Shown here: one piece after another, positions 53,129-64,000 of the stretch
Layout of the letters: every line of letters begins with the position of its first letter
How positions within the stretch are numbered: the first letter of the stretch is position 1
Origin: an uncultured Acidobacteriota bacterium
GTDB lineage: Bacteria; Acidobacteriota; Thermoanaerobaculia; Multivoradales; UBA5704
Direction of reading: 5' to 3'
Assembly (NCBI GenBank): GCA_963700145.1
Contig: OY969474.1
Location: 512,001 to 576,000, forward strand
Length of the DNA stretch: 64,000 nt
Notes under the pieces: generated by a model
What the model was told of the DNA's origin: nothing
Database searches by the model: none
What the model saw: the letters and a program-made list of their open reading frames with translations, nothing else
Translations under genes and position numbers: made by a program

Positions 53129-53344
53129 TCAGGGCTCTCCGTCCGGCGGCGGCCGGTCGGCCGGATCGTCCGGCCCGCCGCGGCGCGCCCGCTCCTTGAG
53201 ACGCTCGTACTCGCGGCGCGGCAGCGGCGTGCCGTGCGTCACTGCGCCCGGCCCGCCTTCGGCGGTCCGCTCTTTGCCGCCGCACTCGGGCGCGGTGGGA
53301 TCGAAGCCGTGCCCGGCCTCGCTCTCGCCGCGCTCGCTGGTCAT
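53129..53344 (-). CDS. Small hypothetical protein (71 aa)
   Basis: ATG 53344 preceded by AAGGAAA; ends 17 nt before the next gene on the same strand. Confidence 0.5.
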   Translation of the reverse strand: MTSERGESEAGHGFDPTAPECGGKERTAEGGPGAVTHGTPLPRREYERLKERARRGGPDDPADRPPPDGEP

Positions 53345-53398
53345 TCGCTCTGTTTCCTTCTTTCCTGACATCTTGTATATCCCGCCTTGCAGCTATCT

Positions 53399-53625
53399 GG
53401 TCGCGGCGCTGGGCGCGCCGCGGCGACTTTGCCTGGGGCTTAGGATCACGGCAGCTTTCCGGGGAAGGCCGTTGGTACGCCTGAGGCCACCGAGCCTGTG
53501 CGTTAGATCGGCCCCCCGCCCTCTTCGTCCAAGCCGTGGAGTCTCTGAGGCCCGGGAGCCTGCATCCACAAGCTGGGTTGGCGAAGGCGCAGGGTCGGGG
53601 GACCGGAAAGCCAGGATAGCCGAAA
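53399..53625 (+). ncRNA. Putative IS110 bridge RNA
   Basis: 5' hairpin followed by two stem-flanked loops; segments at 53451, 53501, 53539 and 53601 match left target, right target (reverse complement), left donor and right donor (reverse complement) in the canonical order. Confidence 0.7.
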
Positions 53626-53635
53626 GGAGGCCGCG

Positions 53636-54639
53636 GTGAAACCACTCGTCCAGCTCGCCGGCATCGACGTCAGCGCCCGCTCCCTCACCGTCGTGGTCGA
53701 GCCGCCCGGCAGCGGCCGCGAGCGTCTCGAGTTCGCCAATGACGCCGCCGGGCACCGTCAGCTCATCCGGCGCCTCGGCAAGCAGGGTCGGCACGCGCGC
53801 GTGGCTCTCGAGGCCAGCGGCATCTACAGCCTCGATCTGGCCATGGCTCTGCACCGCGCCCCCCGCATCGAGGTCATGGTGATCAATCCACGGGCCGCCC
53901 GCGACTTTGCCAAAGCCTTCCTGCAGCGCTCGAAGACCGACGCCCTCGATGCCGAGGTCCTGCTCGAGTTCGTCCGGCGCATGCCCTTCCAGCCCTGGCA
54001 GCCGCCACCCACCGAGGCTCTCGAGCTCCGGGCCGTCACCCGCCGCATGGCCGCCCTGATCAAGGCCCGGAGCCAGGAGAAAAACCGCCTCCACGCCGCC
54101 CGCCACTGTCATGAGCTGAGCGATCTCGTGCGCCACGACATCGAGGTCAATCTCCGTCATCTCGACCGCCGCATCGCACGCCTCGAAGAGCAGGCCGTCG
54201 ACTTGGTCTGGGAGCACCCTGAGCTGCGCCGGGATCTTCTCCACCTGACCTCGGTCCGCGGCATCGCCCGCACCAGCGCGGTCCAGATCCTCGCCGAGCT
54301 CAGCGTGCTGCCGCCGGACCTCTCGGCACGCCAGTTGGTGGCCCATGCCGGCATCGACCCGCGGGCTTCGAGTCCGGCGAGTCGGTCGCCAAACCGGCCC
54401 GGATCTCGCGCGTCGGCAACCGCTACCTGCGCGCCGCGCTCTACATGCCTGCCCTGGTCGCCTCGCGCTACGAGCCCCATGTCAAAGCCTTCTACGACAT
54501 GCTCATCGCCCGCGGCAAAAAACCGAAGCAGGCGCTGGTGGCGGTCATGCGCAAGCTCCTGCACTCGATCTACGGCATGCGCAAACACGGCTGCGATTTT
54601 CAGGGGGAGAAGTTCTTCGCCATGCCCCAGGAGGCTTGA
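53636..54639 (+). pseudogene. IS110 recombinase/transposase with a 1-nt frameshift near 54362
   Basis: AGGAGG RBS; GIDVS, ALEASG, INP, KTDALDA; after AGIDPR the homology (GFESGESV...ISRVGNRYLRAALYMPA...AVMRKLL) continues in the -1 frame to TGA at 54639. Confidence 0.85.
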
Positions 54640-54661
54640 CTTGGAAGAGAGTATCTTACGT

Positions 54662-56590
54662 CTACGCCTCCTTGCGGCCGGCGGCCCCTTTCAGGTGGCG
54701 GTCCAGGAAGGCGAGGATGGCGCTGTAGGCCTTCTCCTGGTTCTCCTTCTTGGCGAAGCCGTGCCCCTCGTCGTCGAAGACGACGTACTCGACGGGCACG
54801 CCGCGCTTCCGCGCCGCGGCGACGATCTCGTCGGACTCGACCTTGAGGACGCGCGGGTCGTTCGCCCCCTGGAGGACGATGAGCGGCCGCTCGATCTTGT
54901 CGGCATGGAAGAGCGGCGAGATGCGGCGCAGGTACTCCTGGTCCACCGCCGGGTCGCCCAGCTCCTTGTAGATCGCCTGGCGCGCCGACTCCCACCAGGG
55001 GGGGATGCTCTCGAGCGTGCGCAGCCAGTTGGAGACGCCGAAGAGGTTGACGCCCACCTCGAACTCCCGCGGCCGGAAGGCCAGCGCCGCGAGCACCATG
55101 TAGCCGCCGTAGCTGCCGCCCATGATGCCGATCCGCTGCGGATCGACGGCGCCGGTCTCGACCAGCATCTTCTTGCTCGCCACGCAGTCGTCGAGGTCGG
55201 CGTTGCCGTGCTTGCGGTCGTCCATCCTGTAGAAGGTCTTGCCGTAGCCGCTGCTGCCGCGGTTGTTGATCGAGTAGACGACGTAGCCGTGGTTGACCAG
55301 GAACTGGGTGAGGCCGCTGTAGCCAAGGCGCGACTGGTCGCCCGGCCCGCCGTGCACCGAGACCAGCGCCGGGAGCTTGGCGCCGCCCCGCGCCTGGTGC
55401 GGCAGGTACAGGATGCCGGGGATCTCGACGCCGTCGTAGGAGCGGAAGCGGACGACCTTGCCCTCGACCAGGTGCTCCGGGTCGATCGCCGGGTTCAGGT
55501 TCTGGGTCAGCCGGCGCGGCTCCGCGGCCGCGCCCAGGTCGTGGACGTAGAGGTTGCGCGGCGAGCGGCTGGTGTCGGCGTAGAAGGCCATGTGCCGGCC
55601 GTCGCGCGAGATATTGACCGAGGTGATGTCGGCGTCCGGCAGCTTCGGCAGCCCGACCGGCTGCATGGTCGCCGCCTCGAACAGGCGCACCTCGGTCCTG
55701 GCGTCGGCGTTGATGCCGACGGTCAGGTAGAGGCCGTCGCGCGAGAAGGTGGCGTAGGTGACGTCCCAGTCGGGGCGCAGGACCTCCTGCCGCGCGCCGG
55801 TCGCGAGGTCGTGGCGCACCAGGTAGGCGAACTCAGTCCCCTCGTCGGTGGTGAAGAGGAAGGCCTTGCCGTCCGGCGTGAACTCCTGGGCGGCGGCGCT
55901 GACGCCGTCGCCGCCGGCGAGCTTCTTGGTCTCGCCGCTCGTGCGGTCGTGGAGGTAGAGCTCGACCTCGGAGGTGCCGACGGGCTTCGCCAGCGCCAGC
56001 CAGCGGCGGTCGGGGGAGATCGCCCCGACCTCGAGCGCCTGCTCGTTCTTGTAGAGCAGGGTGCGCCCGTAGCCGTCGAGGGTCACCTCGTAGAGGTCGA
56101 AGACCTTGGGGTCGCGCTCGTTGGTCTGCAGGAAGAGGGCGCGGTCGTCGCGCGAGTAGCCGACGAAGGCGGCCTTGAGCTTCTCGCCCGGTGTGAGGTC
56201 GCGCGCCGTGCCGTCGAGCTCGCGGACGTAGACGTGGGTGAGCTCGTTGCCTCCCTGGTCGCTCTCGTAGGCGAAGCGCTCGTCGGCGGGGAAGTAGCCG
56301 CGGACGAGGACGGCGTCGGCCGTCGAGCGGGTGAGCGGTTGCGGCTCGCCGCCGCCGACCGGCACGGCGTAGGCGTTGTAGACGCCGCTCTGGTTGCTGC
56401 TCACCAGGACCTTCGTGCCGTCCGGCGAGAAGGAGGAGCCGGTCATGTTGGTGGTGGCGAGGAACTGCTTGATGGTGTACTGGGGAGGTTGAGTAGAAAC
56501 GGCCGGCGTGGCGGCCGGCGAGCCGGCGGCGAGGAGCGCCAGGAGCAGCGCGGCGAGGCCGCCGAGGAAGCTGCGGAGCATGGTCGTCAT
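54662..56590 (-). CDS. Secreted S9 family peptidase (prolyl oligopeptidase/DAP-like)
   Basis: Signal peptide, WD40/PD40-like propeller, VHGGP, GGSYGG, GANDPRV, DEGHGF. Confidence 0.93.
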   Translation of the reverse strand: MTTMLRSFLGGLAALLLALLAAGSPAATPAVSTQPPQYTIKQFLATTNMTGSSFSPDGTKVLVSSNQSGVYNAYAVPVGGGEPQPLTRSTADAVLVRGYFPADERFAYESDQGGNELTHVYVRELDGTARDLTPGEKLKAAFVGYSRDDRALFLQTNERDPKVFDLYEVTLDGYGRTLLYKNEQALEVGAISPDRRWLALAKPVGTSEVELYLHDRTSGETKKLAGGDGVSAAAQEFTPDGKAFLFTTDEGTEFAYLVRHDLATGARQEVLRPDWDVTYATFSRDGLYLTVGINADARTEVRLFEAATMQPVGLPKLPDADITSVNISRDGRHMAFYADTSRSPRNLYVHDLGAAAEPRRLTQNLNPAIDPEHLVEGKVVRFRSYDGVEIPGILYLPHQARGGAKLPALVSVHGGPGDQSRLGYSGLTQFLVNHGYVVYSINNRGSSGYGKTFYRMDDRKHGNADLDDCVASKKMLVETGAVDPQRIGIMGGSYGGYMVLAALAFRPREFEVGVNLFGVSNWLRTLESIPPWWESARQAIYKELGDPAVDQEYLRRISPLFHADKIERPLIVLQGANDPRVLKVESDEIVAAARKRGVPVEYVVFDDEGHGFAKKENQEKAYSAILAFLDRHLKGAAGRKEA

Positions 56591-57777
56591 CGGATCTCCT
56601 TTTCCCTGTCCGTGTAGCCGGTGAGCTCGACGTAGCCGCGGCCGCCGATCGGCGCGCCGCCGGCGGTCCCCCGCACCGCCACCGCGCCCTCCCAGTAGCG
56701 GAAGACGCCGCGGTGCTCCTGGTCGACGACGAGGGGGCGAACCTCCAAGTCGAGCGCCGCCGATGGTACTCGCACCCGCCAGCGCGCCGGGTAGGAGCCG
56801 CCCGCGGGGCTCCGCCAGCGGGCTAGCTCGGCGACCGCGAAGTCGCCGCGTGCCAGGCGGCGCTTGGCGCCGTCCGCGGCGACCAGCGAGCCCGCGCTCG
56901 CGGGGTCGATGCCGCCGTCCTCCAAGCGCATCCGGTAGAGCATCAGCTCGCGGCCGTCGGCGAGCTGGAGGGCGAACCAGTCCCAGCCGACCTGGCCGGG
57001 CGACAGCGAGCTGGTGCTCCACTCGCGGTCCATCCAGGAGAGGCCGCGCACCGGGAGGTCCTCGCCCGCGAGTCGCAATCGGCCGGTGGTGGGCATGCGG
57101 GTGAGCGAATAGTAGTAGGAGGCCTGGCCCGGCGCCGCGCCCTTCTGCGAGAGGCCGTCCTCCCCTTGGAGGACCGGCGGCTTGCCGCGGGCGAGGCGAA
57201 GGTCGAGAGCGACCTCGCCTTCGGCGGCGCGGAGGGTGAGCGGACCCCAGGCCGCGGCAGCGGCCGTTGAATTCATCGCGCCGGAGGCCTCCCAGCGGTC
57301 CAGCCAGACGCGGAAGGGCGCGGCCTCGGCACCGGCGAGCCCGAGGGCGCCGCGCCGGATGCGCTCGAAGGCGTGGAAGCGGCGGCCTGCGACGTCGGTC
57401 AGCGCGAAGTGCGCGAGCCAGGCCTCGCGCGCTCCCCAGCGCGAGGCGCGCGCCACGGCGCCCGGCGCCAGCGCGTTGCGGAAGAAGGTGAGCTGGTAGC
57501 CGAAGCGCCGGCCGCCCGCGGCCTCCAGGTTGCCGGTGAAGTACCACCACTCGGTGCGGAAACCCGGATGCGGGCCGTGGTCGGCGGGGAAGACGAAGCC
57601 GCGGGGCGCCAGCGCCCGCGCGAAGCCCGCCTCCGACGACGCCTCCAGGACCGTCGCGACCGACAGCCGGGCCGCCACCGGCGGACGCTCCGGCTCGCGC
57701 AACAGGAGCCATGCGGCCCCTCCTGCGAGCAGGAGGACGGCCAGGAGGAGCGTCGCCCGGCGCAGCAACTCCATCAC
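56587..57777 (-). CDS. Lipocalin-like/CrtC (AttH-like) protein
   Basis: [48 protein letters not shown]. Confidence 0.88.
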   Translation of the reverse strand: MMELLRRATLLLAVLLLAGGAAWLLLREPERPPVAARLSVATVLEASSEAGFARALAPRGFVFPADHGPHPGFRTEWWYFTGNLEAAGGRRFGYQLTFFRNALAPGAVARASRWGAREAWLAHFALTDVAGRRFHAFERIRRGALGLAGAEAAPFRVWLDRWEASGAMNSTAAAAAWGPLTLRAAEGEVALDLRLARGKPPVLQGEDGLSQKGAAPGQASYYYSLTRMPTTGRLRLAGEDLPVRGLSWMDREWSTSSLSPGQVGWDWFALQLADGRELMLYRMRLEDGGIDPASAGSLVAADGAKRRLARGDFAVAELARWRSPAGGSYPARWRVRVPSAALDLEVRPLVVDQEHRGVFRYWEGAVAVRGTAGGAPIGGRGYVELTGYTDREKEIR

Positions 57778-60326
57778 TCCTCCCGCAGCGCCTCGGCCGG
57801 GGGCGTGCGCGCCATGCGCCAGGCGGGGTAGAGGCCGGCGAGGAGCGCGGCGCCGAGGGCGAGGGCCAGGGGCTGGAGGAAGACTTCAGGGGCGAGGTCG
57901 AGGCGCACCGTCCAGCCGAAGGAGCGGCGGTTGACGACGTGGACCATGACCGCCGCCAGCGCCAACCCGAGCGGCAGCGACAGCAGGCCGGCGGCGAGGC
58001 CGAGGAGGCCGGTCTGGGCGGTCACCAGCCGCCAGAGCTGGCCGCGCGTCAGGCCGTTGGCGCGCAGCACGGCGAGCTCGCGGGCGCGCTCGAGCTGCAG
58101 GGCCATCAACGCCGACAGCACGCCGATGAAGGCGACGAGGCCGGCGAGCAGCCGGAGGACGGCGGTGATGCGGAAGGTGCGGTCGAAGACCTCCATCGAG
58201 TGCCGCCTGAGCTCGCGGTTGGGGTTGATCGCGAGCGCGCGGTCGGGCCCGGCGGCGCGGCGGAGAGCGCGCTCGACCGCCGCCTCGTCCGCCCCAGGCG
58301 CCAGATGGAGCGAGAAGCCCGAGAGGAAGGGGTCGCCCCAGAGTCGGCGGTAGTGGGGAAGGGCCATCAGCGCCGCGCCCTGCTCGCTGGCGTAGTCGTA
58401 GAAGACGCCGGCCACGACGAGGGTGCGCTCGCCGGCCGGCGACGACACGCGCAGCCGCGAGCCCACGCCAAGGTCCCAACGGCTGGCGAGCGGCTCCGAG
58501 ATCAGCACGCCGCGCCCGGCCGCCACCGCCCGCCACGCTTCCGCCGGCCGCCCCTGCCGCAGCTCGAAGCTCCGCCGGCCGCGCGGGCCGAGGTCCACGG
58601 CCAGCACGCGCAGCGGCCCGCGTTCGGAGGGGACCTCCGCCTGGCGGATGGCGTCGACGCGGGAGACGCCCGGGAGGGCGGCGGCGCGCGCCGCCAGGGC
58701 CGGGTCGAGCGGCGTGCCCGGCCGGCCGGCGGCGACCACGTAGAGGTCGGCGCCGAGCGAGGCGTCGAGCCAGCGCCGGACGGTGCCGCGGAAGCTGTCG
58801 ATCATCGTCCCGACCCCCACCGCCACCGAGACGGCCACGACCAGCGCCGCCACCGCCACGCCGGTGCGCGAGAGGGCGGCGACGACGCCCCCGGCGGCCA
58901 TCCGGCCGAGGAGGCCGAAGAGGGCGCCCGCGGCCGGGCGGAGGAGGCGCATCAGGAGCACGGTGGCCCCCGGCGTCAGGAGCGCGGCGCCCAGGAACAG
59001 CCCGAAGAGGCCGGCGAAGGAAACGAGGAGGGTGCCCGGCAGCGCCAGCAGGAGGGCGCCGAGCGCCAGGAGCGCCAAGCCGAGCGCCGCCGCCCGCGGC
59101 AGGGCGCGTCGTGCGGCGCTCTCCAGCGAGGAACGGATCAGGACCGCGCGCGGCGGCGCGGCGGTCGCCTCGCGCGCCGGCGCCAGGGCGGCGAGGAGGG
59201 TCGCCGCCGTCCCCAGCAGCGCCCCCTTGACCAGCACCGCCGGGGGCACCGCCAGCTCGCGCACCGCGAGGACGAAGTAGAGGTCGTTGATCGTCTGCGT
59301 CACCAGGCCGACCAGGCCGCGGCCGAGGAGGACGCCGGCGGCGAGCCCGAGGAGCGAGCCGGCGAGCCCGACGGCCAGGGCCTCGCCGAGCACCAGGGCG
59401 AAGACCTCGCCGCGGGTGACGCCGAGCGCGCGGAGGGTGCCCAGCAGCGTGCGGCGCTGGACGACCGAGAAGGTCATGGCGTTGTAGATCAGGAAGACGC
59501 CGCAGATCAGGGCGAGGAGCGAGAGGGCCGTCAGGTTGACGCGGAAGGCGCGGGTCATCTCCTCGGTGCGGGCGGCGCGCGCGCCCGCCGGTGCGACGGT
59601 CGCGCCCGGCGGCAGGGCGCGGCGGGCGCGCGCCAGGAGCGCCGCTCCAGCCGCGCCGTCCGGCAGGCGCAGGTCGATGCGGTCGAGGCGGCCGACCCGG
59701 CCGAGCAGCTCCTGAGCGGTGGCGACGTCGACGACGAGAAGGTCGGCGAGCGCCCGGCCGGCGGTCTCGTCGTCCGGCTCCAGCACGCCGACCAGCTCGA
59801 CGCGTCGGCGCTGCCCGGCAGCGAGGATCGCGAAGCTCCCGCCCGGCGCGACGCCCAGCTCGCGCGCCGTCCCCGCGGCCAGCACCGCCGCGCCGGGACG
59901 GGTGAGGAACGCGGCGATGTCGGTGCCGGCGGCGCCCGGCGCGAGGTAGGGGCGGAAGGGCGCTTCGGTGAAAGGGTCGACGCCGAGGAGGTGCAGCACG
60001 CGCGGTGCATCAGGAGCTGCTCCCGCCCGTCGCTCGACCGTCACCCAGTCCTCGACGACCGGTGCGGCCTCGTCGATCCCCGCGGCCAGCACGAGGCGCC
60101 GGTAGGTTTCCTCCGGCAGCCCTCCCGGCCCGCCGGTCACCTGGTGCGTCGTGCGGCCCACCACCGCCTCGGTCGAGAGCGTAAAGGCGCGTTGAGCGCT
60201 GGCGTTGGCGAGGTCGATCGCCACCACGACTGCCACGCCGAGGGCCACGCCGACCACCGAGAGCCCGGCCTGCCAGGGGTGGCGGGCCAGGTGGCGGAGG
60301 CCGGAGCGGCGGAGCAGCGGCGTCAC
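57774..60326 (-). CDS. ABC transporter permease (FtsX-like, duplicated)
   Basis: GTG 60326 overlaps the ATPase stop; [48 protein letters not shown]. Confidence 0.9.
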   Translation of the reverse strand: MTPLLRRSGLRHLARHPWQAGLSVVGVALGVAVVVAIDLANASAQRAFTLSTEAVVGRTTHQVTGGPGGLPEETYRRLVLAAGIDEAAPVVEDWVTVERRAGAAPDAPRVLHLLGVDPFTEAPFRPYLAPGAAGTDIAAFLTRPGAAVLAAGTARELGVAPGGSFAILAAGQRRRVELVGVLEPDDETAGRALADLLVVDVATAQELLGRVGRLDRIDLRLPDGAAGAALLARARRALPPGATVAPAGARAARTEEMTRAFRVNLTALSLLALICGVFLIYNAMTFSVVQRRTLLGTLRALGVTRGEVFALVLGEALAVGLAGSLLGLAAGVLLGRGLVGLVTQTINDLYFVLAVRELAVPPAVLVKGALLGTAATLLAALAPAREATAAPPRAVLIRSSLESAARRALPRAAALGLALLALGALLLALPGTLLVSFAGLFGLFLGAALLTPGATVLLMRLLRPAAGALFGLLGRMAAGGVVAALSRTGVAVAALVVAVSVAVGVGTMIDSFRGTVRRWLDASLGADLYVVAAGRPGTPLDPALAARAAALPGVSRVDAIRQAEVPSERGPLRVLAVDLGPRGRRSFELRQGRPAEAWRAVAAGRGVLISEPLASRWDLGVGSRLRVSSPAGERTLVVAGVFYDYASEQGAALMALPHYRRLWGDPFLSGFSLHLAPGADEAAVERALRRAAGPDRALAINPNRELRRHSMEVFDRTFRITAVLRLLAGLVAFIGVLSALMALQLERARELAVLRANGLTRGQLWRLVTAQTGLLGLAAGLLSLPLGLALAAVMVHVVNRRSFGWTVRLDLAPEVFLQPLALALGAALLAGLYPAWRMARTPPAEALREE

Positions 60327-61048
60327 GGGACGGTGACCGCCCGCTCCGCGGCGGCGCGGGCGGCGGGCCGCTCCACCAGCCGTCCGTCCTCGATCCGGAA
60401 CACCCGGTCGGCGCGCCCCACCACCTCCGGGCTGTGGGTGACCATCAGCATCGTCTTGCCGGCGCGGCGAGTGAGGCGGTCGAGGAGGTCGAGCACCGCG
60501 AGGCCGGTTTCGAGGTCGAGATTGCCGGTCGGCTCGTCGGCGAGCACCAGCGTCGGGTCGTGTGCCAAGGCGCGCGCCACCGCCACGCGCTGCTGCTCTC
60601 CGCCCGAGAGCCGGTCGGGGAAGCTGGCGGCGCGGTCGCCGAGCCCCACCTCGTCGAGCAGGTCGAGCGCCGCCCGCCGCCGCGCCGGTGTCGCCCGCCC
60701 CTGGAGCTCCAGCGGCAGGAGCAGGTTCTCGCCGACGGTGAGGGTCGGGATCAGGTTGTAGAACTGGAAGACGAAGCCGACGTGCCGGCGGCGGAAGAGG
60801 GTGCGGTCGCGCTCGGAGAGGCTGGAGAGGGCGATGCCGTCGACCAGCACCTCGCCGGCGGTGGGGAGGTCGATCCCGGCCACCAGGTTGAGCAGAGTGG
60901 ACTTCCCCGAGCCGCTCTTGCCGACCAGCACCGCCAGCTCGCCGCGCCGGACCACGGCGTCGGCGTCGCGCAGCACCACCCGCTCCCGCTCCCCTTCGCG
61001 GAAGGCGCGCGTGAGCTCGCGCAGCTCGAGAAGGGGCGGCTCGGCCAT
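60323..61048 (-). CDS. ABC transporter ATP-binding protein (LolD/MacB-like)
   Basis: [36 protein letters not shown]. Confidence 0.95.
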   Translation of the reverse strand: MAEPPLLELRELTRAFREGERERVVLRDADAVVRRGELAVLVGKSGSGKSTLLNLVAGIDLPTAGEVLVDGIALSSLSERDRTLFRRRHVGFVFQFYNLIPTLTVGENLLLPLELQGRATPARRRAALDLLDEVGLGDRAASFPDRLSGGEQQRVAVARALAHDPTLVLADEPTGNLDLETGLAVLDLLDRLTRRAGKTMLMVTHSPEVVGRADRVFRIEDGRLVERPAARAAAERAVTVP

Positions 61049-61118
61049 GGCGCGGCATCGTACCGCGCGGTCGCCGGGGCCCTCGTCGGGCGCCATGTGC
61101 GAAGATCGACGACGGAGC

Positions 61119-63725
61119 ATGAGACAGAGCGCGCGGTGGCCGTCGATCTGGCCGGTCCTGGCCCTCCTCGGCGCCCTGGCAGCCTTCGGGCTCGGGGCGC
61201 TCGTCGGGGTCACGGGGCCGAGCGAGACGGAGATCTGGGAGCGCCACGAGCAGGTGACGGCGGCGCTCGACGGCGTCATCCTCCACCTGCGCGAGGCCGA
61301 GGAGGCGCAGCACGCCTACCTCCTGCGCGGCCGTCAGGAGGACCTCGCGCGCGCCGGCGCCGCCGCGGCACGCGCCCGTACCGCCGCGGCGATGCTCCGC
61401 GTCCTCGCCTCCGAGCAGCCGGAGCAGCGGCGCCGCGTCGAACGGCTGCAGGCCCTGATCGGCGGGCGGCTCGGGCAGCTCGAGCGGGAGATCGCGCTGC
61501 GCCGGGCGCGGCCCCAGGTGCGGCTGAGCGGCGCCAGCAGCGACGAGCTCGTCGCCCTCCGCGAGCTCGCCACAGAGATCCGCCGCGAGGAACGGCGCAT
61601 GCTGCGCCGGCGGCTCGACGAGGTCGAGGCCGGCCGGGAGGTCTTCGCCTTCGTCAGCGGCGGCGCCGGGCTGCTCCTCTTCGGGCTCCTCCCGATCGCC
61701 CTCTGGCTCACCCGCCGCGGCCGCCGCCAGCTCGCCGATGCCGCCGAGGTGTTGAACCAGGCGCTGGAGGCCTCGGGCGCCGCCGCCTGGCGCTGGGAGG
61801 AGGGGACCGGGCGGCTCACCTGGTCGCAGCAGGCCGCGGACCTCTTCGGCGTGGAGCCCGCACGGGCTGGTACGGTGCGCGAGTTCCTGCAGCTGATCCA
61901 TCCGGACGACCGCGAGCCTTTCCGCCGCGTCCTCGAGCAGGCCCGGGCCGGCGCCCGCGAGATCCGCCACGAGTTCCGGGTGGTGCGCCCGGACGGCACT
62001 GTCGTCTGGCTGGCCGGCTCCGGCCGCTCCCTCCGCCACTCCCTCCGTCCGACCGGCGAGGAGCAGCGCATGGCGGGCACCGTCCTCGACGTCAGCGAGC
62101 GGCGGCGGGCGGAGGAGTCCCTGCGCTTCCTCGCCGAGGCGGGCAACCTCCTCGCGGCCAGCCTCGACTACGACACGACGCTGCGCAACGTCGCGCGGCT
62201 GGCGGTCGAGACGATCGCCGACGTCTGCTTCATCGATCTCTTCGGCGAGGACGGCGTCGAGCGAGTGGCCTGGGCCCACCGCGACCCGGTGGGCGAGGAG
62301 GAGCTCGACGCGAGCATGGGAGCGCACGACCGCTTCCTGCTGGCGCGCGACCTTCATGCCGTGATCACCGCGCCGGTCGTGGCGCAGGGGCGGACGCTCG
62401 GCACCCTGACGTTCTGCCGCACCAGCGACCACCCGCGGCGCTTCGACGAGGACGACCGCGAGCTGGCCGCGGAGCTGGGGCGACGGGCCGGCGTGGCGGT
62501 CGAGAACGCCCGCCTCTACCAGGAGACGCAGCGCGCCAACGCCGCCAAGGACCAGTTCCTCGCCACCCTGAGCCACGAGCTGCGCACGCCGCTGACGCCG
62601 GTGCTGGCGGTGGTCTCGGCGCTCGAGGAGGACGGCCGCCTCCCCGGCGACGTGCGCGACCGCCTGGCGATGGTGCGGCGCAACACCGAGCTGGAGGCGC
62701 GGCTCATCGACGACCTCCTCGACCTGACGCGCATCGAGCGCGGCAAGCTCGACCTCCGCCGCGAGGTGACCGACGTGCTGCCGCTCCTCGCCCACGCCGT
62801 CGAGGCCACCCGCACGCCGGAGATCGAGGCCTACGGCCTGCGCCTGGTCAGCGAGCTGGCGGCGGACGACCACCGCGTCTGGGCCGACGGACCGCGGCTC
62901 TCCCAGGTCTTCTGGAACCTGATCAAGAACTCCCTCAAGTTCACCCCCGCGGGCGGCACCATCCGCGTGCGCTCGTTCAACGAAGGGGAGGACGGCGCGC
63001 CGGCGCGCTGGCTGGTCGTCGAGGTGTCCGACACCGGGATCGGCATCGAGCCGGAGGTGCTGCCGCGCATCTTCGACGCCTTCGAGCAAGGGCAGCGGCG
63101 GATCACCCGGCAGTTCGGCGGTCTGGGGCTGGGGCTGGCGATCAGCCGCCGGATCGTCGAGCTGCACGGCGGCTCGCTCACCGCCGCCAGCGAAGGCAAG
63201 GGGAAGGGGGCGACCTTCACGGTGCGGCTGCCGGTCGGGGTGCCGGTGGAGGCCGCGGCCGCCGCGCCGTCGCGGACCGCCGCCGGAGCGGCGGCGGAGG
63301 AGGCCGCGGCGCCGGCGCCTGCCCGCCCGCTCCACATCCTGCTCGTCGAGGACCACGCCGACACCGCCGCGGCGATGGCCGACCTGCTACGCGGCATCGG
63401 CCACCGGGTGACGACGGCGGCGAGCGTCGAGGCGGCGCTCGCCGCCGCGGCGGCCGTCGAGCGGCAGGGAGGCAACGGAGGGGGCGGCCGCGGCATCGAC
63501 CTGGTGGTGAGCGACCTCGGGCTCCCGGACGGCAGCGGCTACGACCTGATGCGCGAGCTGGCCCGGCGCCACGGCCTGCGCGGCATCGCCCTCTCCGGCT
63601 ACGGCATGGAGGACGACGTGCAGCAGAGCCGGGAGGCCGGCTTCGAGCGCCACCTGACCAAGCCGGTCGACCTGCGCTCGCTCGACGCCGCGATCCGCGA
63701 CGCCTCCCAAGTCCCCGTCCCCTGA
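61119..63725 (+). CDS. Hybrid sensor histidine kinase (TM-CHASE3-like-TM-PAS-GAF-HisKA-HATPase-REC)
   Basis: ATG 61119 with GGAG RBS; [55 protein letters not shown]. Confidence 0.93.
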   Translation: MRQSARWPSIWPVLALLGALAAFGLGALVGVTGPSETEIWERHEQVTAALDGVILHLREAEEAQHAYLLRGRQEDLARAGAAAARARTAAAMLRVLASEQPEQRRRVERLQALIGGRLGQLEREIALRRARPQVRLSGASSDELVALRELATEIRREERRMLRRRLDEVEAGREVFAFVSGGAGLLLFGLLPIALWLTRRGRRQLADAAEVLNQALEASGAAAWRWEEGTGRLTWSQQAADLFGVEPARAGTVREFLQLIHPDDREPFRRVLEQARAGAREIRHEFRVVRPDGTVVWLAGSGRSLRHSLRPTGEEQRMAGTVLDVSERRRAEESLRFLAEAGNLLAASLDYDTTLRNVARLAVETIADVCFIDLFGEDGVERVAWAHRDPVGEEELDASMGAHDRFLLARDLHAVITAPVVAQGRTLGTLTFCRTSDHPRRFDEDDRELAAELGRRAGVAVENARLYQETQRANAAKDQFLATLSHELRTPLTPVLAVVSALEEDGRLPGDVRDRLAMVRRNTELEARLIDDLLDLTRIERGKLDLRREVTDVLPLLAHAVEATRTPEIEAYGLRLVSELAADDHRVWADGPRLSQVFWNLIKNSLKFTPAGGTIRVRSFNEGEDGAPARWLVVEVSDTGIGIEPEVLPRIFDAFEQGQRRITRQFGGLGLGLAISRRIVELHGGSLTAASEGKGKGATFTVRLPVGVPVEAAAAAPSRTAAGAAAEEAAAPAPARPLHILLVEDHADTAAAMADLLRGIGHRVTTAASVEAALAAAAAVERQGGNGGGGRGIDLVVSDLGLPDGSGYDLMRELARRHGLRGIALSGYGMEDDVQQSREAGFERHLTKPVDLRSLDAAIRDASQVPVP

Positions 63726-63782
63726 GCCGATTTCGGCGCCGGGCTGAACCTTTTTGAGGGAACGCTGTCTCTTCTACCGTCT

Positions 63783-64000
63783 ATGTCCTACGAGGGGCGG
63801 ACGGTGGAACATCGGCTTGGGTCGACCTGTCGCGACGTGCGGCGGCTGCAGGAGCGGCTGCGCGAGCTGGAGCTCTACCGCGGGCCGCTCGAGGGAGCCT
63901 ACGGCGGCGGCACGGAGGCCGCCGTCCGCGCCTTCCAGGAGCGCGAGGAGCTGCCCGCCAACGGGATGGTGGACGAGGCCACCTGGGAGCGGCTCTTCGG
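63783..64000 (+). CDS. Peptidoglycan-binding domain protein, N-terminal part (runs off the window)
   Basis: Manual translation MSYEGRTVEHRLGSTCRDVRRLQERL...GAYGGGTEAAVRAFQ...LPANGMVDEATWERLF fits the PG_binding_1 pattern. Confidence 0.8.
   Translation, partial: MSYEGRTVEHRLGSTCRDVRRLQERLRELELYRGPLEGAYGGGTEAAVRAFQEREELPANGMVDEATWERLF

Larger units (their letters stand above)
53394..54656 (+). mobile_element. IS110-family insertion sequence (~1.26 kb)
   Basis: TATCT at both ends (53394-53398 and 54652-54656); no terminal inverted repeats; ~240 nt non-coding left end; TTGACT (-35-like) at 54636 in the short right end; DEDD recombinase inside. Confidence 0.88.

Noticed and set aside
53370-53374. 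Alternative IS110 left boundary at ATCTT
   Set aside because: The bridge-guide matches fit the TATCT boundary at 53394-53398 instead.
53636-56617. 993-aa ORF suggesting a transposase fusion
   Set aside because: Results from the frameshift near 54362, then reads through the antisense strand of the S9 peptidase.
63726-63760. Possible terminator after the histidine kinase
   Set aside because: The stem is weak and not directly adjacent to the T run.

Overview
High-GC bacterial DNA, probably Acidobacteriota (inferred from the ADOP-type permease and gene style). About 48 kb (2969-50822, minus strand) is one closely packed, mostly translationally coupled hybrid NRPS/PKS cluster. In transcription order: A(Arg-like)-T-C(ureido type, EHHxxHDG)-A(Gly)-T | KS-[AT deleted]-ACP | MIO enzyme with histidine-ammonia-lyase signature | two near-identical C-A(MT-interrupted)-T modules | C-A(beta-Tyr-like)-T | CmdF-like tyrosine 2,3-aminomutase | C-A(Ala)-T-KS-AT-ACP-aminotransferase-C-A(Gly)-T-E | C-A(Gly)-T | C-A-T-E-C-[A core deleted]-T-TE | MFS exporter. 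The inferred product is a ureido-capped peptide-polyketide rich in beta-amino acids. The most novel element is the HAL-type MIO enzyme coupled to two SgcC1-like (beta-amino-acid type) N-methylating modules, a candidate histidine 2,3-aminomutase pathway (hypothesis). Left of the cluster are a PLP aminotransferase and an ADOP permease. Right of it are an MbtH-associated-domain protein, a hypothetical protein pair, a frameshifted IS110 element whose left end shows readable bridge-RNA guides, an S9 peptidase/lipocalin/ABC operon, a hybrid histidine kinase and a partial peptidoglycan-binding protein. A-domain codes were read by eye and compared with reference codes recalled from memory, so they need computational confirmation.
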